The notes under the pieces are model-generated. The model ran no database searches and was not told where the DNA came from. It saw only the letters and a program-made list of their open reading frames with translations. From the UHGV virus genome UHGV-1630673: a stretch of DNA of 12,383 nucleotides. One strand, given 5' to 3'. Below are positions 5,214-12,383 of this stretch, piece after piece. The DNA is from a virus. Within the stretch, counting starts at the first letter, position 1. Each line of letters opens with the position of its first letter. The position numbers and the translations under genes are program-made.

Positions 5214-7754
5214 ATGGCTGGAAAATCCCTTGGTACATTAACAATTGACCTGATAGCAAAAGTAGGCGGATTTGTTCAGGGGATGGATAAGGCTGAAAGG
5301 TCGTCCCAAAAATGGCGCGATCAGGTAAAAAAAGACGCTAAAGAGGTTGGGGCATCCCTGGCTGCTATTGGCGTAGCAGCAGCTACTGCTGCCGTTGGAA
5401 TTGGCATTGCTGGTCTGGCGATTGTAAAAAACACCGCTCAGCAGGTAACTGAGGCTGACAGGTGGGCAAAATCATTAAAAATGTCCACTCAAGATTTATT
5501 ATCCTGGCAATACGCAGCTGAACAAGCCGGTTTAACTGGCGATAATATTGCAGATATTTTTAAAGATATTAACGATAAAGTCGGCGATGCGGTTCTGAAC
5601 AAATCAGGTGAGGCTGCTCAGGCACTGGATACTCTCGGGCTTTCAGCTCAGAAGTTGGCCCAGCAATCCCCTGACAAGCAACTGATGGCTATCAGTGGAG
5701 CATTACAGAAAATCCCCTCTCAGGCCGGGAAAACCAATATCCTCGAAAGTCTGGGTAATGACCTGTCAAAAATGTTGCCGTTGTTCGATAACAATAACGA
5801 GAAATTGAAGCAATTTATCCAGTTGTCAAAAGATTTTGGTGTCGCACCTCCCCAGGAAGATATTGATAATCTGGTTAAAGTTAATCAGTTCTTTCAGGAT
5901 ATCGAGACCAGCGCGCGCGGCATGAGGATGGAAATTGCATCAGGTCTAGCAAAAATTGATCTGTCACCTTTGCAGGATGGGCTGGATGATATTCGAGACG
6001 TATTTACTGATCCTGCTGTTCTTCAGGGTATTTCGGACCTTGTAGGTGAGGCAATCAGTCTTGCAGGAGTGGTTGGCCGAATAGCTGGTGGTTTGGGAGC
6101 TATCGCATCCTATACACGCTCTCGCGTTGGTGCCGTATCAGGGAATTACGATGCTTCCGATCTAAACGACGTAGAACAGCGTATTGAATTCCTGAACAAG
6201 AGAGGTAACCAGAGTAAGGAACAAAAAGAAGAGTTAGATTTTTTAAACAAGCGCCGTGATTTTTTGCAAGCAATCAAAGGATCGATACTCACCCCAGAAG
6301 AATCACAAAGGGCCGCGAAGGGGATGCAGTCCTTGCTTTCTGACATGGACATAGAGCCGAACACCACTGATAATTATAATCTTGGTAAAGATGAATCGAA
6401 CCAGAAGCAAACTGCTAAGAAAAACCCAACTGATAACGCATTCAAAAGTAGATTACTAGACTTACAGAAACAAGCTGCACTTATTGAAACTACTGGTAAA
6501 AAAACAGCTGAAGTTACAGAGCTTGAAAAAATAAATTTTGATATTGCCAGTGGGAACCTGAAAAAATTATCTGAGGATCAAAAAGAACAGCTTCGTATTG
6601 CTGCAAAAACACTTGACTCTAAAAAAGAAGAACTGCGACTTAACCAAGAGAATGCAAAGGTTGCAGAATATATTTCCGGTTTAACAAGGCAAAACAAGCT
6701 TGTCCGACAGGGATATGATAACGAAATTATGGGTCTTTCTTTGGGAAGTAAGGACCGTGGCAGAATGCGAGAGTTAAATGGCATTCAGCAGGATTTCGAA
6801 TCGAGACAAGAGGAACTTTTAAATCAACTTCAGTCTGGTGATATTGATAATAGTTTATATGATAAAAAGAAAGAGGCGTTAAAGGATGCACTTAAAGAAC
6901 GCTTGCAAATACAGGAAAGTTATTATCAGGAGTCAGATGATTTACAAAGTGATTGGCAATCTGGCATCTCAAGTTCATTAGCTGACTTTGCTGACATTTC
7001 TAGTGATTACTACCAGCAAGCAGCTAATGCGATGACATCGATACTGGGTTCAGCTACTGATTCCATCTCTGAGCATTTATATAATGTTATCGATGGTACC
7101 GAGTCGATGGGAGAAGCTATAAAAGGTATTTTTGCAGATCTTGGTGAATCTGTGATTCAAGCTCTTGTCGATATGGCTGCTCAATGGATTGTGTACCAGG
7201 GTGTCCAAATGCTGGTTAACAAATCAGTACAGGCCTCTGCTATTCCTGCAATGATTGCTAATGCACAGGCTACTGCATTACAGGGTCAACTTGCCGCTTT
7301 TGCTTCAACCGCCGCAATACCAATAGTTGGGCCTGCAATGGCTCCAGCAGCCATGGCTGCTGCCGCTGCTGTAACGCAACCAATGGTTGCTGCTATATCC
7401 GTCGCTTCAATATCAGGTATGGCGCATGATGGCATTGACTCAGTACCAAAAACAGGAACCTGGCTCCTACAGGAAGGTGAACGAGTTACCACAGCTAAAA
7501 CCAGTGCAAAGTTGGATGCTACGTTGGATCGGGTAGCGAACCAGTCAACCGGCGGTGGCGCTATCTATGCCCCAAATATCACCATTCCTATCAATGGCAA
7601 TCCTTCAGATGCCACATTGTCGCTGGTACGTAAGGCGGCTGATGAGGGGGCTGAGCGCGGATATCGGAAAGCTGTTAACTCCATAGCCAGCGGGCAGGGT
7701 GATTTGCACAAGGTATTAATGGGGAAAACAAACTCGGGGAGGAAAATTGGCTGA
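5214..7754 (+). CDS. Tail tape measure protein (~846 aa)
   Basis: Longest gene of the tail module, immediately after the chaperone pair. Features: N-terminal hydrophobic segment (LAAIGVAAATAAVGIGIAGLAIV), long charged helical centre, and Ala/Gly-rich hydrophobic C-terminal region (AAFASTAAIPIVGPAMAPAAMAAAAAVTQPMVAAISVAS). GGAG 5202-5205 is 8 nt before ATG 5214; the track start ATG 5196 sits directly on the terminator T-run with no Shine-Dalgarno. Confidence 0.85.
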   Translation: MAGKSLGTLTIDLIAKVGGFVQGMDKAERSSQKWRDQVKKDAKEVGASLAAIGVAAATAAVGIGIAGLAIVKNTAQQVTEADRWAKSLKMSTQDLLSWQYAAEQAGLTGDNIADIFKDINDKVGDAVLNKSGEAAQALDTLGLSAQKLAQQSPDKQLMAISGALQKIPSQAGKTNILESLGNDLSKMLPLFDNNNEKLKQFIQLSKDFGVAPPQEDIDNLVKVNQFFQDIETSARGMRMEIASGLAKIDLSPLQDGLDDIRDVFTDPAVLQGISDLVGEAISLAGVVGRIAGGLGAIASYTRSRVGAVSGNYDASDLNDVEQRIEFLNKRGNQSKEQKEELDFLNKRRDFLQAIKGSILTPEESQRAAKGMQSLLSDMDIEPNTTDNYNLGKDESNQKQTAKKNPTDNAFKSRLLDLQKQAALIETTGKKTAEVTELEKINFDIASGNLKKLSEDQKEQLRIAAKTLDSKKEELRLNQENAKVAEYISGLTRQNKLVRQGYDNEIMGLSLGSKDRGRMRELNGIQQDFESRQEELLNQLQSGDIDNSLYDKKKEALKDALKERLQIQESYYQESDDLQSDWQSGISSSLADFADISSDYYQQAANAMTSILGSATDSISEHLYNVIDGTESMGEAIKGIFADLGESVIQALVDMAAQWIVYQGVQMLVNKSVQASAIPAMIANAQATALQGQLAAFASTAAIPIVGPAMAPAAMAAAAAVTQPMVAAISVASISGMAHDGIDSVPKTGTWLLQEGERVTTAKTSAKLDATLDRVANQSTGGGAIYAPNITIPINGNPSDATLSLVRKAADEGAERGYRKAVNSIASGQGDLHKVLMGKTNSGRKIG

Positions 7755-8233
7755 TGGCTATTACAACACCGATTAATTACCCCTCGGACTATTTGCCAGG
7801 ACCTCTTAAAGATAGTTTTGGTCTTAAGCCAGTTTCGCCGCTAAAAAGCACGCCAATTATTACTGGCAGGCGACGTCAAAGGCGTGCTTATACATCCGTA
7901 CCTACAGAAACAGATATTGCATGGCTCTTTGATGATGCCCAGGCGCAAGCTTTTGAGGCGTGGTACCGGGATGTGCTTTCTGATGGCAGCGCCTGGTTTA
8001 ATATGCCTTTGCTGACGCCTGTCGGACATAAGAATTACGTCTGCAGATTTACAGATATCTATAGGGGGCCGACGCCAGAAGGTGGTTTGTTCTGGCGCTA
8101 TGTTGCGCCCATTGAGTTATGGGAGCGTCCTATGCCTCCTGCTGGGTGGGGGTATTATCCAGAATGGATTACGGGTAGTTCGCTGCTTGATATTGCGCTG
8201 AACAAGGAGTGGCCGAAGCATGACGGTGATTAA
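7754..8233 (+). CDS. Minor tail protein (159 aa), tail-tip/distal tail component by position
   Basis: ATG 7754 overlaps the tape measure stop TGA 7752-7754; GGGGAGG at 7737-7743. First gene after the tape measure, so a tail-tip role is inferred from position. No family recognised. Confidence 0.55.
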   Translation: MAITTPINYPSDYLPGPLKDSFGLKPVSPLKSTPIITGRRRQRRAYTSVPTETDIAWLFDDAQAQAFEAWYRDVLSDGSAWFNMPLLTPVGHKNYVCRFTDIYRGPTPEGGLFWRYVAPIELWERPMPPAGWGYYPEWITGSSLLDIALNKEWPKHDGD

Positions 8234-8702
8234 CCAACTTTATGCCAGCAGCGGTTCTGAAGCCATTATTGAAACACTGCAAATAACTGTCGGAGATACG
8301 ATTCATTATATTTGCAATGGATATGAAGATATCACCGCCACCACAGAAGGAGGGCAAACAGTAACGTTTATAGCGGGAGGAATTGAAATTGCTCTACCAG
8401 CCAGGAACAGTGATGGGACACAAGATTTAAAATTTGTGGTCGGTAACATTGATGGTGAGGTCTCAACAATCATTACGGATGCGTTGGACGACCTGAGTGA
8501 ATCGTCATTGACCTATCGGAATTACACTTCTGATGATCTGTCTGCACCCGCTTCCCCTCCCTATACGCTGAAGCTGAAGCCCGGCTACTGGACGGCTCTT
8601 CAGGCACAGCTTACGGCAGGGTATCTGAATGTACTTGATACGGCCTGGCCCCGTAATCGTTACAAGTTGCCATTCTTCCCTGGACTTCGCTACACGAACT
8701 AA
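8220..8702 (+). CDS. Minor tail protein (160 aa), tail-tip component by position
   Basis: AAGGAG 8204-8209 upstream of ATG 8220; overlaps the upstream gene by 14 nt. Tandem stops TAA TAG (8700-8705) are followed by a terminator. Function inferred from position. Confidence 0.55.
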   Translation: MTVINQLYASSGSEAIIETLQITVGDTIHYICNGYEDITATTEGGQTVTFIAGGIEIALPARNSDGTQDLKFVVGNIDGEVSTIITDALDDLSESSLTYRNYTSDDLSAPASPPYTLKLKPGYWTALQAQLTAGYLNVLDTAWPRNRYKLPFFPGLRYTN

Positions 8703-8726
8703 TAGGTAAGCGAACCAACAAATCTA

Positions 8727-8749
8727 CCTCGCATTGACGAGGTTTTTTT
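8727..8749 (+). terminator. Intrinsic terminator (second copy of a repeated motif)
   Basis: CCTCG (8727-8731), loop CATTGA, CGAGG (8738-8742), then seven T residues (8743-8749). Shares the 16-nt string GGTTTTTTTATGCCTG with the terminator at 5187-5202. Confidence 0.6.
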
Positions 8750-8773
8750 ATGCCTGTGATTTGCGGAGGCGTG

Positions 8774-9154
8774 ATGTTCAAACAGGAAAAATATGAATCC
8801 GTTGTCTGGCTGAAAGGTGGTCGTGATTATCCAAATCTCGACTGCTTCGGCCTTATCAATGAAGTTCGGCGGGACCTCGGTCTACCCGCCTGGCCGGATT
8901 TTGCAGGAGTGACGAAAGATGATGGTGGTCTCAACCGTGAGGCCAAAAAATTGATGATATCGCTGACCCGTTGTGAGCCCAGCGAAGGGGCTGGGGCTGT
9001 TTGCTATTCCGGGTCCACCGTCACACATGTTGCCGTTGTCGTGCGGATTGGCGATCAGTTGCTTGTTGCAGAGTGCAACCCGCAAACAAACGTGACATTT
9101 CTTCCTCTGTCTCGTTTCAAACGGCGGTTCGTTAAAGTGGAGTTCTGGCAATGA
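8774..9154 (+). CDS. NlpC/P60-like (papain-fold) tail protein, lambda gpK-type peptidase domain (126 aa)
   Basis: Candidate catalytic Cys in NLDCFGL, downstream His in THVAVVV, and a polar residue ~17 aa later (AECN), spaced as in NlpC/P60 domains. Position before the host-specificity gene fits. Start is ambiguous: ATG 8750 has no Shine-Dalgarno, while ATG 8774 is 4 nt after GGAGG (8765-8769). Stop overlaps the next start (ATGA at 9151-9154). Confidence 0.55.
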   Translation: MFKQEKYESVVWLKGGRDYPNLDCFGLINEVRRDLGLPAWPDFAGVTKDDGGLNREAKKLMISLTRCEPSEGAGAVCYSGSTVTHVAVVVRIGDQLLVAECNPQTNVTFLPLSRFKRRFVKVEFWQ

Positions 9155-12100
9155 CCATCAGATTTTACCCGTCCCGCCTGCCTGGTGAGCCGCTGGAAAC
9201 CCACGAACATGGCGCGATGTCCTTTCATGAATGGATGGTAAAGAATGTAAAAGAGTATCGGGAGCAGGAAAAACATCCGATTGCGGTTGAAGTGGGGGGC
9301 ATTAACGTTCCTCCTCATGAGTGGCCACTTTGCTTTATCAAACCTGAAAGTGATGTTCGAATTTATCCGGTCCCCTTCGCAACGGCTGCTGCCGTTGCAG
9401 CATGGGCGGCGCTGGCGATTGCTGCTGCCTCAGCTGTTTATGTTTTGATCACAATGTCCAATATGGACAAAGGCGGATACTCTTCATCGAGCGGCACTGG
9501 TCTTGATTTAAATCCGGCAAAAGCCAATACCGCAAAATTGGGTGACCCCATCCGGGAATTATTCGGGCGCTATCGTGTATACCCTGATTATGTTGTGCAA
9601 CCGGTCACTCGCTTTGACCCGAACGACCCGACGATCATGCGTGTGGAAATGCTCCTTTGCGTGAGTGTTGGCAATGTCGCGTTCACAAATGGTGATATTC
9701 GTGTCGGCGAGACTCCAACCACAGCGCTTGGGGAGTCGTTCTCCCATGATGTTTACCCACCAGGCTCTGATGTGTCGGCAGATCGTCGCAGTGAAAACTG
9801 GTACAACTCGACTGAAGTGGGCGGTACGTCAAGCGGGACGGGCCTTGATATGGCTCAAACCTCTCCTGACTCAACGGACATCACCGCTGACAGTATGACT
9901 GTTTCCGGTGCATCGGTGACATTTAACGGATTAGACGACGATAACGATGATGACGATGAAGGGAATGCGTTGCCAGAATCGTGGGTGACGGGAACTATTG
10001 TAACTATCGTTGCGCCAACCAATTATCTGGTTTCAACCTCATCGGGTTATAGCGTTCTTACCAGCGATACGCTGGCGGAAATTAATCCAGCCGCCGGAAT
10101 GCCAGTCACGCTGGAGATTAACGGTGCAGAATATGACCTGGTGATCGCAACGTATACCCCAAAACAGGATGCGGTTCCTGGTGTCGGGGGAGGTGCTGCT
10201 GCTGTACGTGGAAATGCTGCACCGACAACCTATGATTTTTCCACATCGGGACAGACATTTGATTTAACCTGGAATGCAACTTCCTTCACCGTCTCCCTTG
10301 TAGCTGATTATCTGAATATGTCAGGACTTCTGGCGGCAATTAATGAAGGGCTGACGGGGTCGGGGCTGGTTGCTCAGGATGATGGCGGTGTTGTGCGGAT
10401 AGTTGAAATATCCAGCCCGTGGAGGGGCGGAAATATCACATCATCAGCACTCCCCGTTTCTGTTTTTGGTGACACACCGGAATTTACTGCTGGTACGCCC
10501 TCAAGTGGTGGAAGTCCTGCGATCACGGCTAATGTTACGCTCGCTTATGGTCGCGCAACTGGTGCGGCATTCTCGGGAATTCCGGAGGGGACACAGCGGC
10601 TTTCTCTGGCTCATCGTGGTAACGAATATCGGATTGCTGATGCTGACGGTACTACAGCAACGGTTCAGCGTGTGGTCGAAGGTGTTGTTGATCCTTCTTG
10701 GTTGGGGTTTGCCCCGCGCACGATGATCGATTATCAGGCTACGGGTATTAACGACAATAATACCTGGATGGGGCCGTTTCTTGTTTGTCCTGAAAATGAA
10801 GTTGTGGACGCCTTCGAGGTGAACTTCTCATTTCCTTCCGGGATTTGCGGTTTTGACAACAAAGGCAAAAAGCGTATCCGCCATTGTGAATGGGAAATTC
10901 AGTACCGCGTTTATGGTTCTGGTGCCGGATGGGCCAGCCGCGAAGGCGTTTATGCTCTGCAAAACGTCAATGGCCTGGGATTTACTGAACGGTTTGATCT
11001 CAGCACTCCCGGCCTTGTCGAAGTTCGTTGTCGCCGCCGGAACGAGCAAGGGAGTAACAATGCTCGTGATTCTATGTACTGGCAGGCATTGAGAGGGCGG
11101 TTACTTTCACGGCCTGCATCTTATCCTGGCGTTACGCTTCTGGCGGTGACGGTGGAAACCGGCGGGAAGCTGGCCGCTCAGTCTGATCGGCGAGTGAACG
11201 TTGTCGCAACGCGAATTTATGACAAAGGTGCGGCAAGAAGTATTTCAGGTGCGTTGTATCATGTTGGTGGTTCGCTTGGACTTGATATGGATACTGAGGC
11301 CATTGATCTTCTGGAAACCACGGTATGGACACCCAATGGTGAGTATTTCGATTTCGCTGCTGGTGACAGTATCTCTGCCCTTGAAATGCTTCAGAAGATT
11401 GCTAATGCCGGGAGGTCCTATTTCCTGCTGAGTGATGGACTGGCGTCTGTAGGGCGGGAAGGGGTTAAGCCGTGGACCGGGGTTATCAGCCCGCATGAAA
11501 TGACCGAAGAGCTGCAAACAGCCTTCACCCCGCCATCTGATGATGATTATGATGGCGTTGATGTCACTTATATCAACGGTACAACGTGGGCAGAAGAGAC
11601 GGTGCAATGCCGTATGCCTGGCAACCCTACACCTTTTAAAGTTGAAAACTATGAACTTGACGGCGTTCTTAACCGAGATCACGCCTATCAGATAGGCATG
11701 CGCAGGCTGATGAAATATCAAAAGCAGCGGCGTAACTATTCAACGACGACCGAGCTTGACGCGCTTTGTTATAATTACGGGGATCGTATTTTGCTGACGG
11801 ATGATATCCCTGGAAATAAAACGATTAGTTGTCTTGTTGAAGCAATGAACACAGCAGACGGGGTCACAACGTTCACGGTTACGGAGCCGCTCGACTGGTC
11901 ATTTGAAAATCCACGGGCAATCCTGCGTTATCAGGATGGCTCGGCTTCCGCTTTGCTGGTGGCCTCAGCGGTTGGTGACTATCAGCTGTCTGTTCCATAT
12001 GACTCAGAGTTTGACGGGATCATATTAAATGATCCGTATATCGAACCGCCGCGTCTGATTTTCTGCACATCTTCACGCAGGACATACGACGCGATTATAG

Positions 12101-12207
12101 AAGAGATTGCGCCTCAATCCGATGGTACATGCCAGGTGACTGCCCGTCAGTACCGTGATGATTTCTACGCCTACGACGACGCCACATACCCCGGCGACGT
12201 CGCTTAA
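9151..12207 (+). CDS. Host-specificity / tail tip central fibre protein (gpJ-like), 1018 aa, with gpI-like N-terminal region
   Basis: Largest ORF at the distal end of the tail module; GGAG 9139-9142 is 8 nt before ATG 9151. N-terminal ~190 aa contain an Ala-rich hydrophobic segment (FATAAAVAAWAALAIAAASAVYVLI) followed by LGDPIRELFGRYRVYP, resembling the lambda gpI pattern. The remainder has the size and character of gpJ-like proteins. Acidic tract LDDDNDDDDEG at ~9931-9963. Confidence 0.8.
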   Translation: MTIRFYPSRLPGEPLETHEHGAMSFHEWMVKNVKEYREQEKHPIAVEVGGINVPPHEWPLCFIKPESDVRIYPVPFATAAAVAAWAALAIAAASAVYVLITMSNMDKGGYSSSSGTGLDLNPAKANTAKLGDPIRELFGRYRVYPDYVVQPVTRFDPNDPTIMRVEMLLCVSVGNVAFTNGDIRVGETPTTALGESFSHDVYPPGSDVSADRRSENWYNSTEVGGTSSGTGLDMAQTSPDSTDITADSMTVSGASVTFNGLDDDNDDDDEGNALPESWVTGTIVTIVAPTNYLVSTSSGYSVLTSDTLAEINPAAGMPVTLEINGAEYDLVIATYTPKQDAVPGVGGGAAAVRGNAAPTTYDFSTSGQTFDLTWNATSFTVSLVADYLNMSGLLAAINEGLTGSGLVAQDDGGVVRIVEISSPWRGGNITSSALPVSVFGDTPEFTAGTPSSGGSPAITANVTLAYGRATGAAFSGIPEGTQRLSLAHRGNEYRIADADGTTATVQRVVEGVVDPSWLGFAPRTMIDYQATGINDNNTWMGPFLVCPENEVVDAFEVNFSFPSGICGFDNKGKKRIRHCEWEIQYRVYGSGAGWASREGVYALQNVNGLGFTERFDLSTPGLVEVRCRRRNEQGSNNARDSMYWQALRGRLLSRPASYPGVTLLAVTVETGGKLAAQSDRRVNVVATRIYDKGAARSISGALYHVGGSLGLDMDTEAIDLLETTVWTPNGEYFDFAAGDSISALEMLQKIANAGRSYFLLSDGLASVGREGVKPWTGVISPHEMTEELQTAFTPPSDDDYDGVDVTYINGTTWAEETVQCRMPGNPTPFKVENYELDGVLNRDHAYQIGMRRLMKYQKQRRNYSTTTELDALCYNYGDRILLTDDIPGNKTISCLVEAMNTADGVTTFTVTEPLDWSFENPRAILRYQDGSASALLVASAVGDYQLSVPYDSEFDGIILNDPYIEPPRLIFCTSSRRTYDAIIEEIAPQSDGTCQVTARQYRDDFYAYDDATYPGDVA

Positions 12208-12238
12208 TACCCCATAAAAACCCCTTATTAACTCTTTT

Positions 12239-12272
12239 CGCACAAACCCTCGTTTGCGCGAAGCCTCTTTTT
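12239..12272 (+). promoter_or_regulatory. Imperfect hairpin with downstream T-run between the host-specificity gene and the next gene
   Basis: CGCACAAAC (12239-12247) pairs with GTTTGCGCG (12252-12260) with one mismatch, loop CCTC; a TTTTT run (12268-12272) lies 7 nt downstream. Not a canonical terminator geometry. Confidence 0.3.
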
Positions 12273-12284
12273 GGAGCAAAAAAC

Positions 12285-12383
12285 ATGGCTGCAGATCTGA
12301 ATCCGCCGCTGGGTACGACGACGCCTGAAATCTTTTTAGATAACGTTAAGCGGGCCGATCGGTTAGTGAACGGGCCGGAGGAA
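12285..12383 (+). CDS. 5' end of next gene (3'-truncated by window edge); unknown, possibly tail fibre or accessory protein by position
   Basis: GGAG 12273-12276 is 8 nt before ATG 12285; open frame MAADLNPPLGTTTPEIFLDNVKRADRLVNGPEE runs to the window end. Only 33 codons are visible, so function cannot be assigned. Confidence 0.45.
   Translation, partial: MAADLNPPLGTTTPEIFLDNVKRADRLVNGPEE

Noticed and set aside
8750-8773. ATG at 8750 as the start of the NlpC/P60-like gene
   Set aside because: Same situation as above (ATG immediately after T7, no Shine-Dalgarno). ATG 8774 follows GGAGG, although the 4-nt spacing is short, so the start remains uncertain.
1-12383. Search for tRNA genes, CRISPR repeats, integrase or transposase, or a defence-system operon
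   Set aside because: No cloverleaf-like tRNA candidates, no regularly spaced direct repeats, and every sizeable ORF is accounted for by virion structural functions or the single lipoprotein moron. No multi-gene defence system is visible in this window.

Overview
This window is an uninterrupted, plus-strand-only late structural gene module of a tailed phage or prophage (siphovirus type), with HK97-like head genes followed by lambda-like tail genes. In order: the 3' end of an upstream head gene, a major capsid protein with an N-terminal delta domain, a head-tail connector/joining/tail-completion set, the major tail tube protein, a tail assembly chaperone pair carrying a canonical G GGA AAG -1 frameshift site, an ~846-aa tape measure protein, three small tail-tip proteins (one NlpC/P60-like), a 1018-aa gpJ-like host-specificity protein, and the start of a further gene. 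The one clearly non-structural insertion is an AT-rich moron at 4774-5151 encoding a predicted outer-membrane lipoprotein with a BamE-like motif pattern, sitting between the chaperone and tape-measure genes; this is the best candidate for an undescribed accessory function (for example receptor masking or superinfection exclusion). Two near-identical terminator-plus-ATG motifs (5173-5202 and 8727-8756) bracket a lower-GC block containing the tape measure and two minor tail genes. I saw no tRNA, CRISPR array, integrase or convincing minus-strand gene. All family assignments rest on motif recognition, gene order and size; no database search was run.
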